A DNA stretch of 63,829 bases, filler included, from Octopus bimaculoides (lineage: Eukaryota): the NCBI RefSeq assembly GCF_001194135.2. It is 4 parts of 3 records of this genome, joined end to end, with 100 filler letters (N's around TTAATTAATTAA, not from the genome) between each part and the next. Parts side by side here need not be neighbours in the genome. Positions count along the whole stretch, not along the records: positions 1 to 20,085 come from NC_068988.1; positions 20,186 to 37,823 come from NC_068983.1; 2 more parts are not named here. One strand, 5' to 3'. The position numbers and the translations under genes were made by a program. The notes below the pieces were generated by a model. That model saw only the letters and a list, made by a program, of their open reading frames with translations, was not told where the DNA came from and made no database searches. Positions 13,825 to 29,000 of this stretch are shown here, in pieces. Numbering within the stretch: the stretch's first letter is position 1; each line of letters begins with the position of its first letter.

Positions 13825-14410
13825 AACAGCATAAGCAAGTGAAAACCAGGGTGAGAAATGCGGTTCCAACTAGTATTTGAGACATGATATGAAGGTATTA
13901 ATACCAGCTGTAATCCTAGCAGCAACTTTCCCAGCACAGGCCTCAGCGGGTTGAGCAAAAAATATCTGTCCAGTCACCACGCTCATAGCTGAATAAAGTA
14001 CAATGAATTGAGAACTCCTTGGCAGCAGAACAATTGAGTGAAACGTCAATTAAAACAACAACATGACCACATCCCCGACTGGAGTATCATGACAAACTTT
14101 ACAGATATCAGGATTTTATGCCAAACAGAGATCAAGGAGGGAGGAAGATTGGTCATCGGGATCAGGAATGCGGGTAGGAAAGTCAACGAGTTTTGTGAAC
14201 GATTGAGAAAATGCAAAATTATACACTTCAAAGCGACATGCACTAGCGCTATGAAAACACCCAAGCCACTCTTCGTGGATGAATATTAAAATCACCAAAG
14301 ACGGATAATATATTCGCTGAGTTATGAAACAAGACAACCTTATCGATGCTGTCAGAAACAGAATGTATAAAGTCTTGCGAAGGATCCTCAAGATCTTCCT
14401 CACGAACAAT
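13825..14410 (-). mobile_element. CR1/Jockey-like LINE, AP-endonuclease fragment
   Basis: Frameshifted SANILSVFGDFNIH, LVDFPTRIPD, SLLDLCL, SPWFS motifs. Confidence 0.8.
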
Positions 14411-14653
14411 GGAAAGATTGACACGAGCTAAGACGCCTAAAGACTTATATTTTCTATTCGTTTTGTATTGCATTTTTTCTGTTACATACCACGTATGTTT
14501 ATTTATTCTTTTGTTCTATGTTCATATACACTCGATTACTGCAATAGACAATACAGTCTTTTGTTTGAGTGACACCGTAAAAAGCATCTAAAACAGTACA
14601 TCATCCAGCTGAGACACTCTCTATGCAAAGAAAGATGGCTCAGAATAGTATTG

Positions 14654-14701
<48 letters not shown>

Positions 14702-15220
14702 GTCTGACTCTCTCTTCCAAACCCCTCACTCTCTCTGTTAACACTTACAAATCAAATCAAGATGTAAAACCATTTTAATGTTTACCGTTTTATATTTGTA
14801 CCTTTTATGTTTACCATTTTACACCTTTATCTTCATACTTAAACTTTACAGCACTTTTATATACATACAGATATATCATGTAGATATGAAAACATTTTTG
14901 CCTTTATATGTCGTATGTATGACCGCGTTTTAAACTTTTATATGATATACGTACCAAAATTTCCTTTTAAGCAGTATAGTTTGTGGTGTATTGAAATGAT
15001 ACATGGTGAATATAAGAAAAAAAAACCCTATTCAGGTAGTTGAAAGTATTGAATCACTTGCGTTCGCTTGTATTTATTTGTAACTAATAACGTGGAGAAC
15101 GATTGTTTAAGGTCGTTTTGTATAGATAGAAAACAGTTAACTACACAGCCATGTCTCGTCTGTGCCTATACATAAAAACATACATTTATACACACATACA
15201 TACATGCATACATACATACA

Positions 15221-15279
<59 letters not shown>

Positions 15280-15710
15280 GCGTATGTGTGTGCACGTATG
15301 TATGAATGTGTGAGTGTGTGTGTGTGTGTATGTGTGTGTGTGTGTGTCTGTGTGCAGCGGATCGCTATACAGTAGTTATTCATAGGCATGCCTATAGAAT
15401 TGAACTACTACCGGGCCTTTGTGTTTACATATGTAAACATAATTCGATGAATTTCTACTCAAGCGATCGCAACAGACGTAATTTAATACATACAGTATTA
15501 TATGTACATTTACTTGACTAGTAACTGAAGCATTTAGACTCATTTGACTGAATTTCACGTTGCCGATTATTCAAGCAATTGAAGAAAGGAAATTGCTGCT
15601 GTTGCAATATTCCATAAGAAGCTTTCATAAACACATTGAAATATGATTAGGTAACCAGAGCAAGTTGGTTGCTTGCGCGCGCGTGCACACACACACGCGT
15701 ATATTATGAG

Positions 15711-15980
15711 GAGCACTCCGTCGGTTACGACGACGAGGGTCCCAGGTGATATGATCAACGGAACAGCTTGTTCGTGAAATTAACGTGCAAGTGACTGACC
15801 ACTCTACAGACACGTGTACCCTTAACGTAGTTCTCAGGGAGATTCAGCGTGACACAGAGAGTGAGACGACTGGCCCTTTGAAATACAGGTACTCAAGGAA
15901 ACAACACGTCGCCGGGAATTGAAGTCACAACCTTACGATCGTGAGCCAAATGCCCTAACCACTAAGCCACGCGCCTTCAC
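15711..15980 (-). mobile_element. SINE family C with internal deletion
   Basis: Minus-strand head gtgaaggcgcgtggcttagtggttagggc (A box TGGCTTAGTGG), B-box-like gacttcaattccc. Confidence 0.9.
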
Positions 15981-17039
15981 ATATATATTATATATTATAA
16001 ATATGTGCGTGTATGTGTGTATTAATAAAAATCTATTAGAATATGTCACATTTATCTATTCAATATTGATTCGCATAATATCTGATACATTCCTCTATGA
16101 ACATGGAAAAATACGTTAGAGTTTTACGTCGTCAGGATAGGGTTAGTAAAACACAACATATGAAATGAAACGGCTGAATTTATTGAAATTTCACTGTTGA
16201 GAATTAGCTTGTGTTTTTCAAGGTATGACTATCTTTGAGCGTATGTAAAATCCATTATGTAAGACAATTTGATTTATAGTTAAGAAAATTTTCAATAAAT
16301 ATCGATGAAGTGTCTACAAGAATTCCCTGCATCCGATATTTTAACTGAGCATTCCATCATCACATTAGAAACCGAACTCTGCATATCGGAATCTGCATGA
16401 AGTAAGTCTAAATAATGCCATTCAATTAATTTTCAAACTTTGCCACTTAGTGCAATCTCATAGCTATATCAAAAACTTATGGACCATTACGTAAAATTGC
16501 GAATGATCGTAAAATACTAATGTTTTCCTAGCATGAACGATGATGTTTAATATCAGAAGCACTAATTGGAATAAAAAAAAAATCTGTATTCAAAAATCTG
16601 TTTTAGAAGGTGTTCACTCATGACAAGTATAACTCTACATTATCGAAGCGCATAATATTTTAGAGTTCCATATTATCTGTATTACAAAACCACTTGATAA
16701 TTTGTACGGTATCCTTACAAGATGGATGTAATTTACTAACGTAAAACACGATGGAATGTAAAGCATTTTTAACAATCTACATTTGGGGTTGGCAAAACAA
16801 TTATTTTTATTTTCTTTGAATCTTATGTACGATTCACAAAATACTAGTTCTATTTTAAAGTCTATTGTCTATTTTTAGGCTGTTTATTATTGCTTTATAT
16901 TCTAAATTAATAGTATGTTATGTACAAGAGATGGTTTTCATTAGGTGTTGCTGTTGGAAAAGTATCTCTGGTATTTCAGGATATCAATTTCGTGCATTTT
17001 TGAAGATTCTCTTGGCGAAAGATGGTTGTGTGGAGCTAT

Positions 17040-18180
17040 CAAAATGTGCCAACTCTCTCTGAAATATTTGTTGAAAGTTGTTGGATTACGGTTTTTAAAA
17101 ACAATTGTTCAGGCAGTTGTAGCCAATGGCACCCTCTCTAGGGTAACACAAATTCTGAGTGACATCCCCCAGGGAACTATCTGGGAGGTATTGCTGTTTA
17201 TAATTGCTCTCTAAGACATTCCCATGATCACTCAGACAACCACTGTCACTAGACACACCAAAGGTACACAATTACCACTGGCAATAAAGAACCCTAACGG
17301 TATCGCAAGATTCTAGCGGGACCAAAATGTAATACGCAAACGGGCTGAACAAAACAACATGTAGTTTAATGCTGGAAAAAATTTCAAGCATCGCACCATC
17401 AACTCACAATTGCACCACAGTCTGCATATACAAGACTCGAAGGCACAGTAGTCCCAGGGCCACAGTGAAAGACTCGGGGATCATTATCTGTAATGATGCA
17501 TAATTTCACATGCACATTATCAAGATAACAAGGAAGTGATACAACTGGCAGGATGCATTCTAAGGTCATTCACGACAAGAGACTAAGAAGTCATGTTGAC
17601 CCGTGGAGGACCCTTGTTCTCAGCTGCCTGAACTACTGCTCTCAGCTGTGATCAACACATAGCGCCGATCTAGCAGCAGAGTTTGAAGCAGTCCAACGTC
17701 ACTACACTAACATGATTGAGACAGTACAGCAAATAAATTACAGACATAGGCTATAAAAACTACGACTTTATCCCTAGAGTGAAGTCGCGATAGACATGTA
17801 ATGATCTACATATGGAAAATTCTGGAATGGCTAGTACCTAATTTCGGTATCGAGTGTTATACAAATGCACGAACTGGACACCACGGCATTTTACCAAAGG
17901 AATCGTCCACTCCATCTGAAGTCAGGCTCGGGTACTGTGATAGCTTAGGGTTTAAGTTCCACGACTCTTCAATGCTCTGTTAAAATACATTAAGAAACTT
18001 ACACAATGCGGACATGTACATCCTTTGAAAACCGAACATTCTCCTATCCACGATACCAGATGAAGCAACAGCTCGGCATGAAACACAGATAGGGGGAATA
18101 ATATCTAACTCCCTCATACGCCAAATAAGCCAACAACCAAGGGAAAATTGCATGCAGGAGTGGTGATGGGAAATCCCACC
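17040..18180 (+). mobile_element. CR1-like LINE, decayed RT and 3' end
   Basis: VVANGTLSRVTQILSDIPQGT (SGVPQG-like) and IYIWKILEWLVPNFGIECYTNARTG; many stops and frameshifts. Confidence 0.85.
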
Positions 18181-18232
18181 AGCCTAAAGAACCAACCAAA
18201 CAAAAAAGTTGTTAAAAAGTAGAAAATCAGTA

Positions 18233-18288
18233 TGGTGCTCCAGCTGACCGCAGCACCATGACTGGAAAAATAAAAGAGAAGAAGAATA
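18233..18288 (+). mobile_element. SINE family A 3' tail fragment
   Basis: ggtgctccagc-tgaccgcagcaccatgactggaaaaataaaaga. Confidence 0.6.
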
Positions 18289-19212
18289 AATCAATACCAT
18301 ATTTATTATATTGAGAAGCTCCATAGTATCTCAGATTTTTCTCGGTGCGTAGTATTTATGGCAAATGAAACCGAATTTGTTTTCCCTGGTGATATTCATG
18401 TGCTCTATAGACACGTAAATAATTAAATAAACGTAGAACTTCCATCTCATTCCATTCATTAGATATTCTGTCTTTTCAATAAGACAGCCAATATATGTAT
18501 TTTTCGATAATATTGGTCCCGTATTATTTCGTCTGTGGACACTGTTCGACGAATTGAGGTACAATGTGTGTACGAATGAATAATTGTGTTGCGAAATGTA
18601 AAAAATTAGTCAATACTTAAAGTAGAGATAACACATTTTACTAGAAGCTTAAGCTTCTTAAATAATTTTAGTTTCACATTACAATTTATTTAAACAAATG
18701 ACAAAGAGAAACAATGTAGCAGTATAGAAGTAAAGATATCTTTAAACAAATTGGAATACTATTGATAATCGATATTTGATGATTTGTTCAAAGAAACCTG
18801 TAAAATATATATCGCAGTCACCTTTTCGGTTACCATATTCGAACGTGATATATTCAGCTATTCATATAAAAAATACAAACGTAATATTTATATCTTTAAA
18901 ATCACATGAGTAAAACACAAAATGAAAGCTGACACTGTTAATGGAATTTTAGTGTTTTTGAAATTCTTCTATTTTATGTTATTTCTCTTTAATTTCAAAG
19001 ACCTTACTATCTCTCCTCTCCTTGGTATGGCTTTCAAAATTACTATTTCGTCGAGTTAAGGATTCTCTTGCAAATAATACAAACACACACACACAAAAAA
19101 GATCCTGAAAATGTTTCTTGTAAAATATATATGCATCTCAAAGACAGTATACTTAATATACAAAAAAAAAAAAAATATATATATATATATATAGCCGGCG
19201 CTCTAAAGATGA

Positions 19213-19410
19213 TAATAATGATTTAAAATTTTGGCACAAGGTCACCAGCTTCGGGGAAGTGGGTTGGTCAATTGCATCAACCACAGCTCTCTTCGTACCT
19301 ATTTAATCGTGAAAGGCATAGTCGACGTGGGTATAATTTGAATTCAGAACGTAAAGACTGACTAAGTGCCGGTGGGTATTTCGCTCAGCATGTTAGCGAA
19401 TCTACCTGCA
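19213..19410 (-). mobile_element. SINE family B, decayed
   Basis: aaattttggcacaagg...gaaaggcatagtcgac...tttgaattcagaacgtaaag, similar to 42381 and 56185. Confidence 0.7.
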
Positions 19411-20040
19411 AAACCCGACAATATTAACAGTTAGAAAACCGATTGTTCCATTACAGAATATTCAATCTCCATACTAATTGATCCAAGAGCCGTGATGTAT
19501 ATCTCGGAGTGCAATAACATTCTGCTGCAAACTTTTGCAGTTCCAACAAATTGGTGAGATAATTTCATGCATAGGTGGAAATTTCTCAAGGAATGAATTG
19601 TTGAAGTCTTGCCGGTATTTCTACCAATATTCTTTGAGAAATTTTCAGCTAAAGATTATAAAATTCTTTATTTCCTAGATAATGGATTTTCCATATCTTG
19701 AAAGATGGTTACATGTAAAAAAAGGAATTGTATTATTCAGCAACAGTAGCATTGAGATGAGGTTTTATGTTTTACACGTGTCTCTTGTCAGGTGTGGAGA
19801 ATTATTTAAGGTAGTCCGAGGGTATTTATGGCAATCAAATAGATCACTATGACGAATGTTATTTCAACGTCTTTCCGAATATAATTGATAAAATACACTA
19901 CACCCTATCTTTAATTGTATTCACACTACACCCTGTTTTTAATTGTTTGAGTAGTCAACAACTTGAAAGTTAGGCAACGACTTAGGAAATTTAGTGTCAT
20001 ATACATACATATATGTGTGTATGTGTGTGTGTGTTAAATG

Positions 20041-20085
<45 letters not shown>

Positions 20086-20185
20086 NNNNNNNNNNNNNNN
20101 NNNNNNNNNNNNNNNNNNNNNNNNNNNNNTTAATTAATTAANNNNNNNNNNNNNNNNNNNNNNNNNNNNNNNNNNNNNNNNNNNN
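20086..20185. other. 100-nt scaffold gap with synthetic TTAATTAATTAA linker
   Basis: 44 N + TTAATTAATTAA (20130-20141) + 44 N. Confidence 0.95.
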
Positions 20186-20238
20186 TGTGTGTGTGTGTGT
20201 GTGTGTGTATGTGTGTGTGTGTGTGTCTGTGTGTGTGT

Positions 20239-20274
<36 letters not shown>

Positions 20275-22790
20275 CTCTTTGAAACGCCAGTGTTGAATGG
20301 TGGCAGCTGATGAAGGAAATGTTCTCTATGTAGTTGTGTGTTTTCCGTACTTGTTTAACATTTTGTCTTCGTTTTGTTTGTAATGTCCTATTCCTAGATA
20401 TGTATCTATATATACAGGTAGATGTAAGTATATATTCATATACTCATTTATTATTTGTATTATTATGTGTATATTTATATATATAAACTTATACGCACAC
20501 ACACACACATATATATATACACACACACACATGCATGACACACACTCATATAATATTACCGATAACCATAGTAGATACAAATAAATATTCGTGTAAATTA
20601 TACGAAAGAAAAAGAAAATTAATACCGGTCAAAATTGAATGCCATTATCATTCCTTCCATCGATCGTGATGTAGTTTGTGAGAAACCCTCAGTTAAATTG
20701 CTTTATATATCCGGCTAACATTATATGAATGTGTTGCACATTTTATGAAGCACTAACATAGACTTAAGATATATTTTTCAATTTACGTCACATATATTGT
20801 CATAGATTTTGCAATCTATGACTTTAGTTCCTCTTAATATAGCATTCATGCAGTAAAATGATTTCAAAATAAGATTGTAGTGTAACCGTAGTTTTCGTCG
20901 TAGATTCAAATTCAAATTCCCCTTGATATAGCATTTACTATACAAGTTGGTACGCACTTATTATTGCCGTTAGAGATGTGAACATTAAATTCAATTTATC
21001 AATGTTTCTTCACTGATCGGTTCAAAAATAGTATTTCATTCTTTTCTAATGAATCCAATTTAAAAATTGTTATTCATGGGTCCATTCTTTTACATCCATA
21101 GCCAACTAAATCCACGTAAGATTCACAGCTAAACTTTAGTTATATATCACGACATATAAAATTGCGAGAATACTGCGTCTGTTTACTATACTAATTTTGG
21201 CTTGGTTATGAAGATTATAATACATTCATAAATAATCTAAGAAGTGATTTATGGAAATATTATTTACATATATATCAACTCGGAAAATGATTTAGTTTTG
21301 TTCCTCAGAAGGATTTCATTTTGTAATTAAATGATTAAGGATCATCACAAAAAATGAAAAACATCACTGCTAGAATACGAGATGCAAGAAGCCCATGCGT
21401 ATATGCCATGCCAAAAAATTATAATTCTACAAAATTATTAGATTTCAATTGAAATGAACTTCGTAACAAACATGTAATAAGCATTTCATGAGTTATTATC
21501 CCGAAAATCCGAAGTATTGCATTAAAAGTCTCAGCATTTTTCAATCGAAAACTTACTGAGATCGATTATTCTCAACACACGGGCTCAGATAACTAATATC
21601 AGGTGCTGTCTGAATTCACAAATGAACTTAACATGTCGTTAATGAAGCAATGATACCTATTTCAAATGGTGACACACTGGTACCTAATTATCATAGACAC
21701 TATAGTTTACTTGTGCTTATGTCTCCTTAGTTCCACGAAACAAAATTTAGGCCGAATTATCTTGATGCAGTCATTCTAAAACTATACACATTCAACTATA
21801 TTTATGCCGCACCAATGTATTTAATCTGTTATATAGAACGCAGTATAAACGTGGAAGTTTAACAGCGACATGATTGTTATGTAGCTATATATATAACACT
21901 GTTAACAATGAATCTATTACACAAAATCTGAAATAATCAATATTTATTTAAGGATTCTTGTGAAGTCAATTAAGTCCATATCTTTCAAAATTTTGTCCTA
22001 TGATGAATAGACACATAAATTGGAATAATATGCTTCATAGATAGGGATAATAAATTGATTTTAATCTTGAACCATTCCATCTCCTTTACATCCAATATTG
22101 CTAAAATTCCATTAACTATTGGCTATAATTAAATTATAATAACGATTATTCTCCAGAGAATTCAATGATATCAGCATCATGATATATATCTTCGTATCTT
22201 CTACTGATTATAGGAATTTTTCAGAGAGTGGGTGCAATCGATAACAATAATTATTTTACTAATTATTAGAATTAAGTTAAGAAATTGATTATTTGACTAG
22301 GCAATTGACCGACTAAATAATAACATTCTCTTCATATTTACTTAACACTTCTGAGATCAAAAACGAAATATCATGATACTTAATGACTGAAGTATATTTT
22401 ATATCTGAGTTAAATACTAATGATATTATTAGATCAACAGAAGTTTCAGTTACGATTGTTCTTTCTGGCTTACTGAAATTTAGAAGGTTTTTCTTTTCTT
22501 TTTTCTATATATGTAACCAATTTTTTTTATGAAATGATTTATATCATTCACATTTCACAAGAAAATTATAAAGAACTTTACATGGAATGTGTCAACAGAT
22601 ACAACTACAGTTGATAATGAAACTTGTTCTCACTTGATAAAGGCAGATACTTCAATTTTATGAAGATGAGATTACATTAAAGCAAATTGTTCATTGAGTG
22701 ACTACTAACTTTGATGTTGAGACAACAGAAGAAAAAAAAGAGTGCAAATGAAGCGAAATAATTAGTTTGTAGCAATTTCAACTACTGCAG

Positions 22791-22792
<2 letters not shown>

Positions 22793-22870
<78 letters not shown>

Positions 22871-22881
22871 CATCATCATTA
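22793..22881. repeat. (ATT)n-(ATC)n microsatellite
   Basis: Direct repeat. Confidence 0.95.
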
Positions 22882-23535
22882 TTAATATTTATTAATTAGT
22901 TAATTATTAATTATTATTTGTTATTACTATATGTTTTTATATCCTGTTGAGGAATTTTCAATATTTCAGGTTTTAAGGCTCATTCCCATTGTTTTCTCGG
23001 GCAAAACTTGAGTAATTTTCATTCAAATTTTAAATGGAAATGTCCATTGCAATTATTTTGTTACTATTTCCTTTCATTCTAATAAACGACTGTCTAATTT
23101 TGCCGAAATTATTACATGTCAAAAAGAATGTTAACCATGAGGATTTTCGGTTTTGCATGTTATTACACGGTATTAAACTGAAATTTCTCAGAGTGCGCTG
23201 ATATCATTCTGATAGGGTTATGAGTAACAGCTCTCTCCAAATAAGATCGGTATATATATAATCTGTTTATATATACATATGGATGGGTGTACGTACGAGT
23301 GTGCATACCTGCATATATGGGTGTCAACCACATGGTTCCTAGTCTAAGTATTCTATCACACACCCTGGCTACTTCGATTACCTTCTCAACTCATTTCTCC
23401 ACAAGGGGTATACTCACGTCCCCATCAGTGTTGCCTACTCAGCAAATCATATATCTATGTTCTTTGTCTGTGAGGAACCAAGCAAAATATGTGTGTATTT
23501 ATATATATATATTATTTTTATTATTATTATTATTA

Positions 23536-23678
23536 TATACAACTGGTTTCGTTCCGTTTCCGTCTACGAAATCCACTCACAAGGCTTTGGTCGGCCCAAA
23601 ATTATAGTAGAAGACACATGCACAAGTTGTAAAGCAGTGGGACTGAACCCGGAACCATGTGGTTGGGAAGCAGGCTTT
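23536..23678 (-). mobile_element. SINE family A, 5' half
   Basis: aatccactcacaaggctttggtcggccc...gcagtgggactgaacccggaaccatgtgg. Confidence 0.85.
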
Positions 23679-25817
23679 ATATCTGTGCGTGAGAATGCAT
23701 GTATGTCCTTGACTTGAACTTCATCACCATTGCGTATATGAGAAGTTACTTTAAAACTTCTCATATAAACTCGCGTTATAAGAAATAGACACTATTTNNN
23801 NNNNNNNNNNNNNNNNNNNNNNNNNNNNNNNNNNNNNNNNNNNNNNNNNNNNNNNNNNNNNNNNNNNNNNNNNNNNNNNNNNNNNNNNNNNNNNNNNNNN
23901 NNNNNNNNNNNNNNNNNNNNNNNNNNNNNNNNNNNNNNNNNNNNNNNNNNNNNNNNNNNNNNNNNNNNNNNNNNNNNNNNNNNNNNNNNNNNNNNNNNNN
24001 NNNNNNNNNNNNNNNNNNNNNNNNNNNNNNNNNNNNNNNNNNNNNNNNNNNNNNNNNNNNNNNNNNNNNNNNNNNNNNNNNNNNNNNNNNNNNNNNNNNN
24101 NNNNNNNNNNNNNNNNNNNNNNNNNNNNNNNNNNNTATATATATATATATATATATATATATCATAGATATGCGAATCGAGTGTCACTGGGTGGACTATA
24201 TATTGCACTTACAGGAAATTATTGGACAGACTACTGACTCAAAATAGACGGTGTGTGTATTTGTTGTTGTGGGTTGTAAACGAATAATTTACAGCTTCAC
24301 TCAAATTGTCTTGCTATATTCATCACAAACAGACAGATCGAATTAAATTTCCACGTTTTCATGGCATATTCTATCATGCTTACCATGTTTTTTCTTTTTA
24401 ATATTCGATGTCTTATAGGGTCTTCCACTGGAGAGAATTATCCATATAAAAAACATTTAAACAAAGCACATATATTAAGTATGTGATATAATTAGTGCCT
24501 ATAACATTAGAACCGCTTCTATTTCAAAATTTAATCTTGTTTTACTTGTTCAATGCCGCAACGCATTAACAGATTTTACGCTATCTGCACATAAACCCCA
24601 TTCCAGAGATTTAAATTTCTTTCTATGAAGATTTATGTATACTGTGCAAATCGGTTGAAACAAGAGCACAATATCAACTTCCACCTTCCTCCTCCACATA
24701 GGGTCAATATTTTATGCTTGTTTTTGAGGTATTCAGTGTGTGGGTGCGTGTATGCATAAACACACACACACACACACACACNNNNNNNNNNNNNNNNNNN
24801 NNNNNNNNNNNNNNNNNNNNNNNNNNNNNNNNNNNNNNNNNNNNNNNNNNNNNNNNNNNNNNNNNNNNNNNNNNNNNNNNNNNNNNNNNNNNNNNNNNNN
24901 NNNNNNNNNNNNNNNNNNNNNNNNNNNNNNNNNNNNNNNNNNNNNNNNNNNNNNNNNNNNNNNNNNNNNNNNNNNNNNNNNNNNNNNNNNNNNNNNNNNN
25001 NNNNNNNNNNNNNNNNNNNNNNNNNNNNNNNNNNNNNNNNNNNNNNNNNNNNNNNNNNNNNNNNNNNNNNNNNNNNNNNNNNNNNNNNNNNNNNNNNNNN
25101 NNNNNNNNNNNNNNNNNNNNNNNNNNNNNNNNNNNNNNNNNNNNNNNNNNNNNNNNNNNNNNNNNNNNNNNNNNNNNNNNNNNNNNNNNNNNNNNNNNNN
25201 NNNNNNNNNNNNNNNNNNNNNNNNNNNNNNNNNNNNNNNNNNNNNNNNNNNNNNNNNNNNNNNNNNNNNNNNNNNNNNNNNNNNNNNNNNNNNNNNNNNN
25301 NNNNNNNNNNNNNNNNNNNNNNNNNNNNNNNNNNNNNNNNAATTAAAAATCAATTGAATAATAGAAAAATACAAGATGATTTATTTCTACAAACGTAATA
25401 ATAAAAATATGAATGAAAAATTATGAATGGAAAAATTATGAATGAAAAAATTAGGAAAGAAAAAATTATTAAGAATAAAAGATTAAACTTGATATATATA
25501 TACAAAGTTTTAATTTTAAAAAAATCTTTAACGATATTATAAACTATAAAGATTAATTATTAATCAAATATTATTAATCAAAGATAATCGAAAATATATC
25601 AACACTATTCAAATCGAAGTTCTAATATTATGTTGAAACGAAACTATAACTTCTAAATAATTTAGTGTTAAATAAGTTATCTATTAAAAATAATCTATAA
25701 AGAACCAAATGAATAATATAAAAAACAAGAATAAATATTATTTTCAAATGTATATATGCACAAACACACGGGCACACACACACACAACCATATATATGCA
25801 TGTGCGTCTCATTGTGT

Positions 25818-26020
25818 ATGTATTTACACCCCACCACCGCTTGAAAATCGGTGTTGCTGGATTTACTTCCCCGTAAAATACCGGTTCGGCAGAGACCGAT
25901 AGATAAGTACCAGGTTTGAAAAGGAAGAAAGACATCCTGGAGTCGATTCGTTTGACTAGAAAATCACAGCGGTGTCTTACCATGGCTACAGTTTGATGAG
26001 TGAAACAAGTAAAAGAAATA
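25818..26020 (+). mobile_element. SINE family A, 3' half
   Basis: ccccgtaa...ggttcggcagagaccgatag...gaaacaagtaaaaga. Confidence 0.8.
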
Positions 26021-29000
26021 TGTTGGGTGTATGCTCAACACAGTGTTCGAGTATCTCAATGTCCACGATGCTCAATTCTTTTATTCCATCTAATGCCGCT
26101 TTTTAGGCCATATATATACTTTTGAAATGACGTTTACATGAATTGCACACCAGTTTGAGTGCCGCCTGAAGTGACTGTGGTGTCTGTAAAATAAAGTTTC
26201 TCGAGATTTTCAGATATTATGCCACATGTGACTGTGATAAGGGTACACTTATAGGCATGTTCTAGAAATAGTAGAGAGTACCTTATTGCTTGTTCTTATG
26301 TGAAATTAGCATCCAGCCGCAGACAGCTAGATCTTATTCCAAAATATTCAAGTTGAAAATATTCCACCAAGTTCATATTTTCAAAGTGGCAGTTTTTTTC
26401 CTTCCTCTTAATATTTACTTGCACTATTGTGATTTCCTTTGTAAGCCCATGTTGCTCCCCATATTTACCTGTAGACACTACAACTATGTTTTTGAATGAC
26501 ATATAGAGCGATATACTGTGAAGTTTACCATTTATTTAACTATTTCTACATTCTCTAAGTTCTGCTTTAACGCATTCTTGTATGCCATCTTTTGCATTGT
26601 GCTGTTTCCGTTATCTCTGTACAAGCTCTCCATAAAATTACTTAAGGGGACCTTTTCCGACAGTGCAGACAATTTATGCAGACCATCACAGTTAATTTTC
26701 CAAAATTATTACCTGGATGGAACAAATATAATTTGCATCTAGAACAAGGCGAACGGATTACGTTTTATTTACAAAATAGTGTTAGCATTTTCGATGGTAT
26801 TGTTACATCAGTCAGAAGAGATATTTGTGATATATCCAAGTTTTTCAGAGTAGTATGAAAGAACGGATAATACAAAAGATTTGTAAACAGTTATGCCTGA
26901 TTCATTGATATTATGTCTTTGTCACCAGATCCGTAACCCTAAATTAGTAAAAGACGTTGCTGCCTTTTGACTCCTTAGGAATATTTCTGATTCCAAACTT
27001 CATGATTTATGTAGGATTCAATAAACCAAAGTTAATTACCTTTCACTCCCATGTGAGGCTGTGGCACAGCTGACGAGGTGGAATTTAATTGAAAACTACC
27101 GTTTTCTTTAAATTTCTAGTTACACTCAAGATATTGCCTACTGAATCAAATGCAGAAGTCAACGATGGAAGTCCATTATCTGTAAGACTGGCACAGTCGT
27201 AATCATCAGTATATAGTAGGTATGTTGTTATAATGGTGAATATTTTACTCTTATATCTCATCCTTAAATCAAATGCACTTTCAATGGCAACACATCTTAC
27301 ATATATCCCTCATTTGTGTCTTAGAGATCATGATAGATCTAATGAGCAAAATATATAGCATAACGAGAAGGTGCATCGGGTTTACCTGCCACACAACATT
27401 CTTTACAACGAAAGGCTGAGACAGATCAATAATATATATATATATATATATATANNNNNNNNNNNNNNNNNNNNNNNNNNNNNNNNNNNNNNNNNNNNNN
27501 NNNNNNNNNNNNNNNNNNNNNNNNNNNNNNNNNNNNNNNNNNNNNNNNNNNNNNNNNNNNNNNNNNNNNNNNNNNNNNNNNNNNNNNNNNNNNNNNNNNN
27601 NNNNNNNNNNNNNNNNNNNNNNNNNNNNNNNNNNNNATATATATATATATATACCTTCACAGCCATATAAATAAGTATCTTTCTGTTTATCGCTCTCTCT
27701 CTCACTCTCTCTCTCTATCTACTTATCTATATGGATAGGTAGATGGAAGAATTGATAGATACACATCTATATGCATGTATACGCACAAAAACACAGGCGC
27801 GCACGCGCTGAGAAACATAGACATATAAGCACACATAAACACATTCACACATGCACACCCTCACACACGCATATACATGAACGCGTGTACGTGTATAACG
27901 GCATTGCACGTTTATATTTTTTATATATTGTAATCTTATTCATTTGTAAAATTTCCTCAAAGTGCAGTTGCAATACAGACTTCTGTGTTAATCGATAAAC
28001 TCTGGTTGACAAAATCTGAAAATTACCGCTATAAATGGCTTTAAGTGTATTATAGAGACAATTGATTTATTTGCAGTGTACATTGAGCAACCATGTATGA
28101 ATTGTCATGAACAATAATATGCTAGGTGTTAAAATTGATTAAATCTTATCCAAGGACAATGTGTCACAGTTTGGACAATGAAAATAAAGAGTGATTTCGT
28201 GTTGTGTTACCTACAATGAAATAGTGTATTTTAGTATATTGTTTTCTTTTTCACTTGAATCTAAATTTGAATGTGCTTGTATGTAATTAGGTTTTATCTA
28301 GTTTTCTTTCGAATTGCTAACGGAATTAATTTCAAATAAAGTCATTCTCTGAATAAATCTTACGCTATATAGATACGCTACTCTATAAAAATAGCCCATT
28401 ACATATATTATTGTTTCTGCGTTATATTAAGTTGAACGCCGGACTAAATTTAAACCACCTACGTTATTTAGATAAATACGTTTATAATATTTTTTGAAAA
28501 TACTATTTGGAATCTAATTCGCATTCAATCAATATTGTAAGATCAATAATATAGGAAGCTGTAACGAAATGCGGTTATCCCGATTGTGTGCAGTTTCAGG
28601 ATTCGTAGTCACGAGAATTCAGATTTAAATTATTTACAAAAGAACAGCAAGGAAAATATATGTTCGCTTTAAATAGATAAAAATAAAACTGACGAAAGAG
28701 ACTAATATTGAGTGCAGACCATGAAGTCTGTAACATTATGGTATTTCAGATATTATGTTTAATCGTCAAATAGTGGTAAATTTATATTCGCTAAATGCAA
28801 GAAAAGAATTCTGAGAGAGAACTTACATGAATTGTTTTAAATAAGTACTAAATACACTACACAACAACTTCGTCACTCTTATTTCGGCTAAGGTTGACCT
28901 GAGAAAAATGATATCTAATTGAACTGTCCTCATATATAAGTTTTCTATAGTCTCATCAACATACTGAATTCTTACGAATGGCGATTTAAAGACTCTCAAA

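Noticed and set aside
20285-20320. gaaacg...ctgatgaagg as a type II hammerhead
   Set aside because: Stems I and III do not pair.
25351-25740. Extremely AT-rich block as NUMT or control region
   Set aside because: No recognisable mitochondrial gene or tRNA; low complexity beside a gap.
27066-27110. CTGACGAG...GAAAAC hammerhead candidate
   Set aside because: Stem I cannot form and stem II is mostly G-U.
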